Assembly: GCF_009914755.1 (NCBI RefSeq)
Contig: NC_060927.1
Source: the human T2T-CHM13v2.0 reference genome, Homo sapiens
Reading direction: 5' to 3' (one strand)
DNA length: 64,000 nt
Position numbers and translations under genes: made by a program
Notes under the pieces: generated by a model
What the model was told of the DNA's origin: nothing
What the model saw: the letters and a program-made list of their open reading frames with translations, nothing else
Database searches by the model: none
Shown here: positions 1 through 12,910 of the stretch, one piece after another
Numbering within the stretch: the first letter of the stretch is position 1
Layout: each line of letters starts with the position of its first letter

Positions 1-719
1 TGTTTGTTCCTTTTCATAGTTGAGTAGTATGAATATGTAATTTCTGGTGTGGAGCTATTATGAATAAAGCTACTGTTGAACCTCTGTGTATAAGTCTTTA
101 AATGGACATGTGTTTTCATTTGTCTTGGGTAAATTCTTAGGTGTGAAATTTCTGAATCCTATAAGTGATGCGTGTTTAAGAAACTGCCAAACTGTTTATC
201 AAAGACCTTCCACCATTTTATGAACCCCTCAGCAATGTGTGAGAGCTGCAGTTAGTCTGCTCCAGGCAGTCATCAACTATTACCAGTTGACTCCACTCCC
301 ACATTCTACTGAGTGTGAAATCATATCTTATTGTAGTTTTAATTTGAATTTTCTTGATGATTGCTGATATTGAGTGTCTTTCCATGTGTTTGTTTTCATG
401 TTTATATTAGTTACAAAAGGCCATTAAATAATTCAGATACAAATAAATATTTTGTCAGAAATGTTACAAATATTTCTTTTTAGTATGGGGGATGACTTTA
501 GAATTTCTTGGTGTCCTTTGAGATTAGAAGACTTTCATTCTCTTGGAGGCCAGTTTTTTTTTTTTTTTTAATGTTTCAAGCTTTTGTGTGTACTATCTTT
601 GAAAACTCATAACAATATTTTCTTATATTTCTGTCTCTGGAATTTTTATAATTTTACCTTTTATGCTTATATCTATAATTCATTTCAAATTACTTTTCAC
701 GCATGATGTTAGTAGGGGT
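1..719 (-). mobile_element. Old L1M (L1MC/ME-like) LINE fragment, 3' part
   Basis: T-rich plus strand with antisense L1 ORF2/3'UTR phrases (aaactgccaaactgttt, ttgtagttttaatttg..ttt.cttgatga); continues after the LTR at ~1184. Confidence 0.75.
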
Positions 720-1158
720 TGTAGTGAATTGAATTGTGGCCTCAAAAAGTCCTATCCCCAGTACCTGTGAATGTGACATTATTTGGAATAGGGTCTTTGT
801 AGATATAATTAAGGATCCTGTGATTAGATGATCTTAGATTTAGGGTGGGCTCTAAATCCAATGACTGGGGTCACTATAAGAAAATAGAGATGGTGATTTG
901 AGACACGGACACAGGCGAAGGTCATGTGAAGGCTGAGACAGAAATTGGAATTATGCCTTTTCAAGTCAAGGAATGTCAGGGTTCACAAGCAGATACCAGT
1001 AGCTGGGAAAGAAGTATGGCATGGATTCTCCTTCAGAGCCTCCAAAAGAACTAAATCTACCAACACCTTGATTTCAGATTTTAGGCCCCTGGAACTGTGA
1101 GAACATAACTTTTTGCCATTTTAGACCACCAGTTTGTGGTAATCTGTTGCAGCTAGCA
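720..1158 (+). mobile_element. MaLR solo LTR (MLT1B/C-like) inserted in L1M
   Basis: TG start; gtacctgtgaatgtgac..atttggaatagggtctttg, ctaaatccaatgactgg, caacaccttgatttcaga..gaactgtgaga motifs; left flank GGGGT at 715-719 matches the G-rich right flank. Confidence 0.85.
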
Positions 1159-1183
1159 CGCGGGGCGGGGGTGGGGGTGGGGT

Positions 1184-3961
1184 GTCAAGGTTTTTTTATT
1201 TTCACAGATGGCATAATACAGTTGTTCTAGAACACATATCGAAAAGATTGCCATTTCATTGTTAATTATTTTGATGCCTTTGTCAAAAATCAAAGTGCAG
1301 GTCATTCCTAGACTTGCTGATTCTGTTCCATTGATCTATTTTTTGCACCAATGCTATGCTGTACTTTACATTTTCCTGTATGTCAATTCTCTACTGTCTT
1401 GATAACAGTAGCTGTATAACATCTTTTGAGATCAGATAAGATAGATCTTTCAAGTTTGTTCTTCCTTTTCAGATATGATTTTGCTATTCTCAGTGTTTTG
1501 TATTTCTATATGAATTTGGGAATTGAATTGTCAATTTCTACATTTTTTTGTAGAAATTGGACTAGGATTTTGATTTAAATTGGTTCATGTTTATAGGTCA
1601 ATTGGTAGAAAATAGATATTTTAAAAACATTGAATCTTTTGAATCATGAATATAGTATAAATGCCCATGTTTTTGAGGTTCTATTTTTGTAAAATTTTCA
1701 ACTGCGTTTTCCAGTTTTTCTGTACAGTTATTGCATAGCTTTTGCCAAACTGATTTATGATTATTTTATATTTTATATTATGGTAAGTGGTATTTTAAAA
1801 ATTTATTTTTTTCAATTATGTTAGTGCTAGCATATAAAAATACAGTTAATATTTATATATTTACCATGCATCCTATGACTCGCCAAGTTTATTTCTTAGT
1901 TCCAGCAAGAAATTTTTGTACCTATGTCAAGATTTTATAATGTGGAATATCACATAATCTCAGACTAAAGAGTTTTAGCAGTTCTTTTTTTATCTCTATT
2001 AATTTATTTGCCTTTTTGGCTTATTGCACTGAATATGATCTGTAGTACCATATAGTATAAAATTAGTGAGAACAAATATTTTTTATCTAGTTTTCTCATA
2101 TTAAGAAAAAAAGCACTCAGTCTTCAATCATCATGTCATGTCAGCTGTAATTCTTTCAAATATGTACTTTATCAGGCTGAAGATGTTTACTTTTCTTCAT
2201 AGTTTGCTAGGAATTTTCATCATAAATTGGTGTTGACTTTCTAACTGCTTTTTCTGCATCTATTAAGATAATCATAAAATGTGTATCCTTTGTCCCTGAG
2301 ATTTAATAGATTTTATTGGTTGATTTTTTAAAAACATATTGAACCAAATTTGTATTCCTTTAATAAGCACCCCTTCAGTCAAGACGCATTTTCCCTTTGT
2401 ATTTTATTGAATTTAATTTCCTAATATCCCATTGAAAATGTTTGTGTTCATATGGGATACTGAATAGTAATCATATTTTTTTCTTTTATTGATATGTCAT
2501 ACTAGTACATATTTTGATGGTATGTGTGGTAGTACATGTAGGCAATGTGTAATAATCAGCTTTTAATATCAGGGAACTTCCAGCCTCACAGCATTTGTTG
2601 GAAAGAGTTTCCTCTTCTATTTTCTAAAATAGTTTGTGTAAGATTGGTATAAATTCTTTATTTAATGTTTAATGGATTCTTCAATGAAAGAACGAGTCTG
2701 GTGTTTTTCTCATAAGAAGCCATTCCTTTTCTTTTTTGTACTTACTAAGTTACTAAACTTTTTTATTTTATCTAACGTTTCCAATTTTTGGGATATATTT
2801 CCTCATGATTTTATTTTATGTTCATATTGATATTTGTAGGTTTTATAGAAATATGCTCATTTTATTTCTGATATTGTCAATTTGTGTTTTCTCTCTTTTT
2901 ATTACTCCTGTTTGGAATAGTAAGTTATCAATATTATAGATCAATACTATTGGTCTTATATCAATATTGATATAAAATTGATTATTGATCTTTTCAATAA
3001 ACTAACATTTGCCTTATTAATTTTTTCTATATTTTTTTGTTTTGCTATTGTTATTTTTGTTTATTTCTGTTTGTTTACTTTTGCTAAAAGTACTTTTCAG
3101 CTTCTGTAGGTAAATATTTAAATCATTAATTTTAAATATCTTTTTCTAGTATTGATACTTTAAAAATCTATATTTTATATTTAAACTGTACCACTTTTGG
3201 ATAATGTATAATTGGATCTGCTTTACTTCTATCTAGCCTATCAATTTCTGTCTATTAATTGGGACTGTTTAGTTTATTTACACTGAATATAATGATTGAT
3301 CTCATTGGTTTAAGTGGACGAGCTTACTACTTGTTTTCCATTTGACCCTTTGGTGTCTTCTTCTCTTTTGCATCTTTTTTGCTTTCCCTTGGGTTATTCT
3401 TTATTTTAGCATTCTATTTCACTTCCTTATTGACTTCGCAGCTATATCTCTTTATGTTTTTAATTGGCTCTCTATGGTAAACAATATGCAGCCTTAACTT
3501 GTCGGAATCTGTTACCCCTTCACTCTTCACATGATCTGAGAAGCCTAAGGAGGTTTGGCCCAGCACAGGGATAGCCCAGTCCTAAACCAGAGTCTCCTAC
3601 CGTGAACTTAAGAATCCCTGTCCATTTTGCTCAGCTCTCTTCTCTCCTGGGTTCTGTCCTGCAGATTCAAGCCACTTCAGCTGCCTAAACTCTCGTGCCT
3701 GCCCCATCAGGTCAGTGGAACACTCCAGCTATGCTTGGATTCCAGTTCTCTCAGATGTGATCATAAAATTATGCTCAGGTAGCAGTGGGTTTTCAGAGTG
3801 CTCACCTTGTCAGGTTCCCTTCTCAGTCATCACAGTTTGTGCTGCATGTTGACCACTGCCTGAATTCAACTGCTTCATGTATTTTGTCAAGTTACAAACT
3901 TTTATGTGGTCAATGGGCTAGTCTGGTACCAGTTATTAAGTTATGACCAGAAGTAGAAGTC
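1184..3961 (-). mobile_element. Old L1M LINE continuation (degenerate ORF2 with large deletions, then 5'-region-like sequence)
   Basis: Antisense L1 phrases (ctttgtcaaaaatcaa, ttctgttccattgatctat, ttttctgcatctattaagataatcat); 3600-3961 resembles old L1M 5' ends. Confidence 0.7.
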
Positions 3962-4159
3962 TTATTAGAATGTACTGTTTTGAAAAGGAAAAATACCGAC
4001 ATGTACAGCAAGAGCAAACTTGGGGTTGGAGAAAGATTACCGTATAATTATAAAGATCAACAATTGAAAGGAATTTGTGTGGGGAGGCACCACAAAAAGT
4101 AACATGATTTATAAGCAGACATGTTTTTGTGTCTCATTTTTCATACGTATCTGTAATGT

Positions 4160-4420
4160 AAGATGGAGTTAAAAATCACAGTCTTTTGAGTTACACAAAA
4201 ACGGATTTGAATCACTTTTGCCTCATATAAGTTAGATGAATATTTCTCTCTCAAATATCAATTTACCCATCTATGAAGTTGAAATATTTATATTACCTAT
4301 CACAAACCTTGTTTTGATGGTCATTGAAAGTAATTAAAGTAAGTTATGTAATGAATCTGAATGTAATGAAGTTATGGAATGAATAAAATTATGTAATGAA
4401 TCTCAATAAATGTAAGTTAT
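4160..4420 (+). mobile_element. MIR remnant
   Basis: ggatttgaatc...tcaatttacccatctatgaa...ctcaataaatgtaagttatt MIR core and tail. Confidence 0.55.
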
Positions 4421-5758
4421 TATCTTTATCATCTGCAGTAGAATTATTATTATTACTGCCTTATCATTAAGGCATTCTTAAATACTTTGTTACAATTAGA
4501 TGGTTAATAATATAAAAGTTAGTTTTTTACAAACTTAAAGTAAATTCTTACTGAAGAACTAGGTTTATATGTGGGGGTGTGTGTGTGTGTTAACTCAAAA
4601 TATGCAATACCCACACACTAAATATACACAGTCCTTTGAGTCAATACATAAATTTAGGTACAGCATAGGTCCAACTCTACTCTATGTTCTTTAACTTGAC
4701 ATTTAACTTGACATATGCTGAGTATAGCTTTGACCCACAAACGTAACATTATTTAGATGTATTTTAGGATAAGAATGTAAATGTGAGTCATCATTTGGTT
4801 ATGACTTTATTTTTAGTTAATTCTTAACTAAAATTTTAACAAGTTTCAGAAAGACATTGCAGTCTGAGTTTGACCTACAGATCAATCCGATAAAGATCAA
4901 ATTTGAGCAGGACTTTTTCTTTCCCCAATTTGTCTGTCTCTAGAATGGTTATCTATGTAATACAAGAGAATTCTTAGCTGCACTCACCCAATAAAATAAA
5001 AATTCTACATTACCAGCAGATAATTAATTTCTGTTTTAAGATTTCTGGGTGAATAATTCATTATTATGTTCAGCAACCCAAATAGTGACAAGTTAAAACT
5101 TTACTCAGTAAGGACAATAAAGGAGATAGTACCCATTCTTGTCTGTCACATTGGTCTAGTTGGAAATAGAAGAGCTGACATCAGAGGCCTTTATAGTCTC
5201 AGATAGTAGGTATTATACAAAATTCTGATCACTTCCATATAAGATTGAAATGGAAATAGTTGGAAAACAGCTGTTTTATCTTGTCAGATCCTTTAATGGG
5301 ACTTAAGGTTCACACTAGCAGAACCCAAGAATATTTGCAAGAAATTGCTAAGTAATGAAAATTTATCCTGCAGTTCCAACCAGAAATGAAAGTATCATGT
5401 CAGTGCAATTCCCATCAGATGGTCTTTAGATAAAGAATCTGGGCTTTTAACTTCATTTAATGAAAAAAACCTTGGTAATCAGTCTTGTAGTGTAATGGAA
5501 CTTTTATCTCACTGTGTAAGTAAATTATGGATGGAGTTATACACCCAGGAGGTGACCTACATAGTATACTCAAAAGGCAAAATTAAGAATGGTATTCGAC
5601 CTTGAACCAAATTTCACACCTGTACTGAAAAATTAGGGGTAAGCTTGGTAAAGTGCTGAATGCAAACATCTCCCAGACAAGCCAAAGTATTTTATTCCCC
5701 AAACATTCCTCCTGGATGTGGATCCTTACTAAATCTCAACTTTAGGAGTTCTTCTCTT

Positions 5759-6084
5759 GGTTGGGCACAGTGGCTCAGGCCTGTAATCCCAACACTTTGG
5801 GAGACCAAGGCAGGAGGATCGCTTGAGCCCAGGAATTCAAGATGAGCCTGCACAATGTGACGAAACCCCATCTCTACTAAAAAAAAAAAAAATACAAAAA
5901 GTTAGCTGAGCATGGTGGTGCTTACCTGTGGTCCCAGCTACACTCAGTCCCAGGCTGAGTTGGGAGGATCACCTGAGCCATAGGAGGCAGAGGCTGCAGT
6001 GAGCCAAGATGACCCTACTACTGCACTCCAGCCTGGGCATCAGAGCAAAACCCTGCCAAAAAAAAAAAAAAAAAAAAAAAAAAA
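5759..6084 (+). mobile_element. Alu (AluJ-like), full length with poly(A)
   Basis: Dimeric Alu with J-type ggaggatcgcttgagcccagg and ggctgcagtgagc; A-tail to ~6084. Confidence 0.95.
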
Positions 6085-6199
6085 GACAATTTTTCTCTCT
6101 TTGTTTTCTTTGTTTTTTAGAGAATAAATCTGAAACTGCTTGAAATGTGTTAATCTACACCTTTGGTTGAGACCATGACCTTCGGCATTAGAAAGACAA

Positions 6200-6400
6200 T
6201 AGTTCAAACATCAGCTTAGATATTACTATATTTGTGACTCTGGATGATTTACATACAACTTTTGAACCTCAATTATCTTATATGCAAAATGGGACTAGAA
6301 CTTGCCTGGCAGAGTTAATTTGGTAAATCAGTAAAATAATTTAAAAGAAATGATATTACTATGCTTAACACATTTTAAATACTCAAAAGTAGCTATAATT
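6200..6400 (+). mobile_element. MIR remnant
   Basis: tgtgactctgga...ttgaacctcaattatcttatatgcaaaatggg MIR core. Confidence 0.55.
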
Positions 6401-6492
6401 ATTATGGATGTTATGTATTTCAAATGTGTAAAGTTTTAAGCAAGGTACTAAACCTATGGCCCCCTTTTCCTATAGTTAAAGTGGGGGTTATT

Positions 6493-7155
6493 TAAAGGAA
6501 AAGAAATCATTATATTGAAGATACCTGCACTGGTATGTCTGTCACAGCATTATTCACAATAGCAAAGATATAGAATCAACTTAAGTGTCCATCAACATGA
6601 TTGGATAAAGAAAATGTGATATATATCTATATATATAGGCAATGTATAATATAGACATATATCTCATATATATATACCTTCAAATATATACATCTACATA
6701 TGCCATCAAATATATACATATATATACCATCAAATATATACATATATATATATATATATATACCATCAAATATATACATATATATATATAGACACACACA
6801 CCATGGACATAAAAATGAATGAAATCATATCTTCTGCAGCAACATGGATGGAACTGGAGGCCATTATCTTAAGTAAAATAACTTAGAAACAAAGAGTTAA
6901 ATACTGCATGTTCTTACTTGTAAGTGGGAGCTAAATACTGTGTACACATGGATATAGAGAGTAGAATAATAGACACTGGAGACTCAGGAAAGTGGGAGGA
7001 GGGGAGGGAGTGAGGAATGAGACATTACCTATTTGATACAATGTACTCTATTCAGGTAACGGTTACATTAACAGCCCAGATTTCACCAGTAGGCAATGTA
7101 CTCATGTAACAAAACTGTACTTGCATCCATTAAATCTATAAAAATAAATAAGTCA
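6493..7155 (+). mobile_element. 5'-truncated L1PB/L1MA-type 3' end, inserted into a MIR
   Basis: ORF2 C-terminal and 3'UTR motifs (gcaacatggatggaactggaggccattatcttaag, cccagatttcacca, A-rich end); degenerate TSD TAAAGTGGGGGTTATT 6477-6492 / TAAAGTGAGGATATT 7156-7170; MIR sequence on both sides. Confidence 0.85.
6620..6802. repeat. Compound (TA)n minisatellite with 4 CCATCAAATATATACAT-like units inside L1 3' end
   Basis: Directly visible repeated units separated by variable TA runs. Confidence 0.9.
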
Positions 7156-7294
7156 TAAAGTGAGGATATTATAACTATATTATAAAGTTGTTGTAAAAAT
7201 TAAACAAGTTATTGCATGCCACGTGAGGGAAACAGTGCTTGCCATTTTGTAAGTGTTCCATAAATGTTAGCTTTTATTTCAAGTGAGAATATCA

Positions 7295-7520
7295 GATAGT
7301 GTTTAAGAAGAACACCAGCTGGCTGTGGAACCTTCCTGCCAGGAATTTAATACTAGCTTTCTCAGTTACTTAACCTCTCTGTGCTTCAGTTTCCTCATCT
7401 GTAAAATTTGTGTTTCAATAATAGCATTTCCCAAACAAACTACTTGGGAGGATTAAGTGGGCTAATACATATAATAAACTCAGAATAGCACCTGGCACAT
7501 GTAAATGCATGATAAATGGT
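7295..7520 (+). mobile_element. MIR
   Basis: agttacttaacctctctgtgcttcagtttcctcatctgtaaaat...cagaatagcacctggcacat. Confidence 0.85.
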
Positions 7521-7766
7521 TTTGTGCTTTTGTATGTGAGTATATGCTATTTTTTCCAAAAAACAAAATAGAGAAAATTATAAAGACTCATATAACAAGC
7601 ATCCATATGCTCAGTACTAAAAAGTAACAAGTGCTAACATGTTGTATCATTCTAACAATATAAAAATATTTCAATAGCCTTTTTATTCTGAAGTGAAATA
7701 TTGAGAGTTTTTTCCTTTTTTTCTGTAACGCTGCCACACTGAATTTTAAAATGCAAAGTACTAGAT

Positions 7767-8030
7767 ATTAGTAAAGACCATGCGTCCTCGAAATCAGATT
7801 TCTTAAGTTTGAATTAGTAAAGACCATGTGTCCTTGAAATCAGATTTCTTAAGTTTGAATTCTAGTTCCACTACTTAGTACCTATGAAATCCTAGCTGTT
7901 TCCTAAACTTCTTTTATCGTGCTTTCTCACCGGTAAAGTGCTGGTGATACGTTCTTTGCAGGTTTGTTACAAAGGAAAATAAAAGTAGGAAAAATTCTCA
8001 GCACAGAGCTTTGCCATGTAGTAAGTGCTC
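7767..8030 (+). mobile_element. MIR with a 46-bp tandem duplication of its 5' end
   Basis: gtttgaattctagttccactacttag...ctcagcacagagc..gtaagtgctca; duplicated units 7767-7812 and 7813-7858. Confidence 0.7.
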
Positions 8031-8279
8031 ATTTCACTGGAAAATAAATTCCTGAAATATTTTCATAAAGTCATAGGAGTAAAATGGGATTTGAAAAGCC
8101 AGCTAATCTACTCCCTTTTTAATGCAATTTTTACATCTTTAAATTTATGAAGATCTCACTGGTATATTTAATCTCCTTGAATAGTGATTTTTTTTGGACT
8201 ATTGGTTTTAACATTTTCATAGGATGTAAAGTTATTTTAATTAGTTGCGATCAGAATTAAAAGATACTCTATTTCAATT

Positions 8280-8329
8280 TAAGCTCTACAAGGGCAGGGT
8301 TTTGCTTATTTCGTTATGTATATATGTAT

Positions 8330-8373
<44 letters not shown>

Positions 8374-8440
8374 TCAAGTGCCACATGGTAGATGCTCAAA
8401 TATTTTCTGAGTGTTAAATGAATAAATGAATAAGAATAGG
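8280..8440 (+). mobile_element. L2 3' end containing a (CA)n tract at ~8333-8370
   Basis: aagctctacaagggcagg...gtagatgctcaaatatttt...aatgaataaatgaa L2 tail. Confidence 0.65.
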
Positions 8441-8567
8441 ATTGATTCAAATGGTTATTTTTAACTACATAAATTTCAAATATTTGTTTGAATAAATATA
8501 TAAATGTTGTATTTCCTTCTGACCTGAACCCCATCATATAGTCTATATGATTTACGCATATAGACTA

Positions 8568-8750
8568 TAATAGCTAACATTTATTTAGCATTTACTACAT
8601 GCTAAGTACTATCCTCAGCACTTTGCCAGTATTAGCTCATTTACTCCTCATCCCAGTCCTGTGAGGAGGCCATTATTAGCCTATTTTAAAAATGGAAGCT
8701 GAGATACAAAGAACTAAGTAATTCTCTCAGGACTAAATAGCCAATAAATG
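8568..8750 (-). mobile_element. MIR
   Basis: aatagctaacatttatttagcatttacta...ctcatttactcctca...gctgagatacaaagaactaagtaa. Confidence 0.8.
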
Positions 8751-10290
8751 TGAAAGCATTTCACAAATTCAGCTGCAAACCTTGGCAGTAAAGCATTTGC
8801 TTCTGGCTAGAGTCCATGTCAGCCCCTGTTTGTATTTAACAGACAAAGAAGAAGATACTTTAACAATGAATCATTCTTGTGAGAAAAAAAAAAAATGGTG
8901 GTGGTAGATTCAGTTCTAAAATCTCACCAGATGACACAATCTTCTACCTCGTGAAATACTGCAGAACTTAAAAAGAGAAAAGAAAAGAAGACCTCTTTCC
9001 TCCTACAGGGTAAGAGGATTGGAAAATCACTTGCACTTTTCTCTTTATCACTTCTGTTGACTTGGAATGCAAACTTTCAAAAAGTAACATGTGTGGTGTA
9101 GTGTGATTTTTAACTAAGGTTGGATTTCAGTTTCACTAAAGAGCCAGAAATAGATAGAACAGACCAACTAAGCCCTGCTTTGTTTTCCTAAAAATCTTTC
9201 CTTAAATATAAAACTGTCCCTGGACCTGCTACCATCTTTCTATGCTACACCAGAGTTCATTTCACCTTACTCTGGGCCACCTTTTAAAATGTCTATTAAC
9301 GGTCTTGTTTTATTGACACATCTCTGCTGTCTACCTCGCTGGTTCAAGAAGTTCTCAAGAATGGATTGTTTTCTCAATCAGTTTTATCCTAGTGCTTAGC
9401 ACAGCCCAGAACTTCTTGAGCATTCCACAAATATTAGTTTAACCAGTGAAAGAAGGATGACAATGGTTTAAGAAAAAGGGATTCTGTCTATACTCCCAAC
9501 AGGCACACTGTACTGTGGGCTGACAATCAGAGGAAAATGTGTTCTTCTTTAGCTATAGGTTTAAGCTCTTAAATGAATAACAAATCAAGACCTTCACCCA
9601 CACTAAAGAAGGCAATTTCATTATTATTATTAAGATGCTTAACACGTTGTTGATTGTTGACACTTGATTGAGGTATTCTTTACTTGAGATGGCCATTGAA
9701 GCCTCTAAGGTTGAAAACTGCTAAACTGTGAAGGGAAACACAAAAGATAAAGGTCTGCATTTTCTTTGATCTAGTCAGGGTGTCTGATTGCAATTTACTC
9801 TCTTTAAAAATTTTATTGGATTGAACCTTAACTGAGAAAAGAGCGATAGGAGAGAGACTAATATTTTAGACATTTTCATATTAATTTAGAGAAGTAAGGC
9901 AACAATAGGGCTGCACCCACAGACCTTTATTCAGTTTTGAATCTAAATTACTTGGGGATACCAATCCTTCTTCATTGTGCCGCTACATGCACCCACACAA
10001 CATATACAGAAATACATATTCCCCCCTTTCTCTCTCTTTATTCCCAATTGTATGTTCCTTTAATATGCTGTACTTAGATTTTTATTCATATGTTGTTTCT
10101 TCTTTGCCAGAAAAGAATGCAGAGCCTCCCAAGGGTAAGAAATACTTTGTTTGCGTATCTGTCATATACATTCTCAGCACTTTCACCCACTTGGGTTTCC
10201 TGTCATAAGCTTTTCTTTAGATTGAGCAACTAAAGCTCAGATAAATCAGAAGAATTGCCTCAAAGATGCACAGATCATATGTTTTATTGT

Positions 10291-10359
10291 TGGACCCCAT
10301 ACGAGGGACTATCATAGGGTTTAGTGCTGGACCCCATACAAGGGACTATCATAGGGTTT
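10291..10359. repeat. Direct tandem duplication, period 37 bp
   Basis: TGGACCCCATAC(G/A)AGGGACTATCATAGGGTTT at 10291-10322 and 10328-10359. Confidence 0.95.
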
Positions 10360-10642
10360 GTTATCTGTGTGAAATGAGAGTACATATCTGTGTGAATTTG
10401 ATCGGGTTACATGCATAGAATCAAGTTGTGTTTACCTATATGCCTATTAAACCCATTCCAGTGTAGGTTTCAATTGAGTATTGAGTAGTGAAATCTAAAG
10501 AAGATGCATGTGTTATTTTCTGGTGGAATAATTTTATTTTCCCTTTGTAGATTGGCAAAAAAAAATGATGAGAACAGCTTAAATTTTGTTTTGGGGAAAA
10601 TCTTTTAACAAAAAGTTGTTGTCATGAATTTTGTTGCTTTAT

Positions 10643-10676
10643 GTATCTATATATCTATATCTATATCTATATCTAT
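10643..10676. repeat. (ATATCT)n microsatellite
   Basis: Visible hexamer repeat. Confidence 0.85.
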
Positions 10677-11523
10677 TACTTCTTCAAGGTCCTTTAGGGA
10701 CTCAACCATTTTTCAATAACAGATTTTTAGCAGTAAAGTTGCATATATTCCCTATATCATCCCTTCCATGAAAGGAAGTGGATCCTAAACAACTTGGGTT
10801 GTAGGAATGATAAATCCCCAATGTTTATGTGACTCAGCAGGTAGGGGATAAAGGCTTAATTTTTGAAGGTATATTAAGGTAAGTAATTAGGGAACCATTA
10901 TGTGCTAGAACAGTATATCTCCAAAGACAATCTACTTCTACTTAGCTTTACTGACCTGCCCAGTAAATTCCACAGAAGCTGATGGCGTAATCCAAATCCA
11001 GCCTATTCCAAGAAACACATTTAGATATAATTTTAGTTAGAGTCATTGTTGAGTTTGAAAGAGATGAACACATTTCCCTTCATCTTGAAATGTTCCCTTT
11101 TGGAAAATCTAATTCTCCCCAAGAAAATGATTGGATACCTAAATCATCTTTGAAAAGTAAAATCTTTCCCTAGATCTTATCTCATCTTTTAAAGCTCATG
11201 TGTTTGTCTCTGACAATGCTATAAATGCATTTTCAAGAGAGGAATTTGTCCTACTCTTTAAATTACTTTTATGAATAGTCAAAGTGATTTTCCTTTAGTG
11301 TTCAAACTTCCTGCAGATGATTAGTCCACACTTCCAGAAACCAAAATATATAAAGACTTCTTCCTAAATTAGTCATATAACTTTATATTGGGCAATAAGT
11401 GAATACTGTGCAATTTTGCTTTGTCAGTAATCTGACAAATACTGAAAAATACTGATGTATATCAAGATTCAACTTCTGAGTGCCCAGTGGCTTTCTAAAC
11501 TGATCAGTTAAAAAGTTTTGTCA

Positions 11524-11682
<159 letters not shown>

Positions 11683-12559
11683 AAAAAGTTTTGTCATCCA
11701 ATGACAACAAGTTTAAAAATATTTTAAGAGAAGTATGAATAAGTAAATACTGTATCAGATTGATTATAAATTATAGAAAAGTTAAAATAGGTCAGATTTT
11801 TCATTCTTCGTTTTCATAGTTTGAGATTCTTAGATTATTAAAATAGAAAGGAACTGGTTTTCTAAAGGAACTGGATTCAAAGTCACTTCTATCTTATGAA
11901 CCCATTGTATACATGACATCTGATGAAGAAGACCAATATGAAAAGCAGGGGAGAGTCTCTGGTTGAATCAGAAAGCTCCTGGCCACCACAAAACTTGTAA
12001 CTTGCTCCTTGTCCTGGTGGCTCAAGAAGTTTGTGAGGTATAGTTTGAAAACTACTGATCTAGTCAAACAGTACTTTATAGAGGGATAAAAAAAAAATTC
12101 TGGAGATGTGGCATGAACTGAATTATTTACGATCACACATAGAAGTGAAGGCAAAATTTAAAATGGAAATCAGCACACCTTTAAAACAGCCTTCTCCATG
12201 GAAACATCCCTGAGAAATTTTCACCCTTACTGATCATTTTGTCTTCCCATCTTCTCAGCAAACACATCATTTATTGGCTATGTCCACAGTAACAATGTAA
12301 TTTGTGAAATGTTTCAGGTCAGTGAAGTAATCTGGGAGAATTGAAAATGCTTTGAGGGTAGAACTACATAGCACAGCTTTTTGAGTCCCATAGAGTGCTT
12401 TTGGTCTATATAAACAAACAATGGATAAAAGGAAGATAAGACCAACAATACAGTATTATACAGTATTGCTTTGGAGGCAATATATAGCACAGAACACTTT
12501 TATACAGAACGTGACAAGTGTTTCAAAGGAAAGGATTTCATGCAAAAGTAAACTTGATA

Positions 12560-12700
12560 AAGTCTGCACTAAACAAAGTTAAACAGTAACGATTGCCTCC
12601 TCTGAGTTTTGAATATGCTAATGTATATTAAGAATCTGCAATAATGGGAATTTTTCGAATTTTCCATAGAGCCTTAAAAATATGATAGATATTGCATGCC
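12560..12700. mobile_element. Possible hAT-Charlie (Charlie4z-like) remnant
   Basis: aaacaaagttaaacag...ttttgaatatgctaatgtatattaagaatct resembles the recalled consensus. Confidence 0.35.
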
Positions 12701-12749
12701 TCAAGTTCATGATCTGCAGAATATATTTAGTAAAATTTAAGAAAGGAAC

Positions 12750-12910
12750 AAGACTAGAAGTCAGAAGTTTGATGTTTTGAACTCAAACCCTGTGCCACAA
12801 AAACTTTGGAAAGCAACTTCTCTGATCATCAGTCTCTTCATCCATAAAATAGCATTGCCTATCTGAGAGTTAAATATCAAAGAAGATTAATATAAAAGGC
12901 TTTGCAAAAA
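12750..12910 (+). mobile_element. MIR remnant
   Basis: ttctctgatcatcagtctcttcatccataaaat core. Confidence 0.5.

Noticed and set aside
10291-10359. CRISPR-like repeat (32-bp unit)
   Set aside because: Only two copies with a 5-bp gap, no cas genes, primate context
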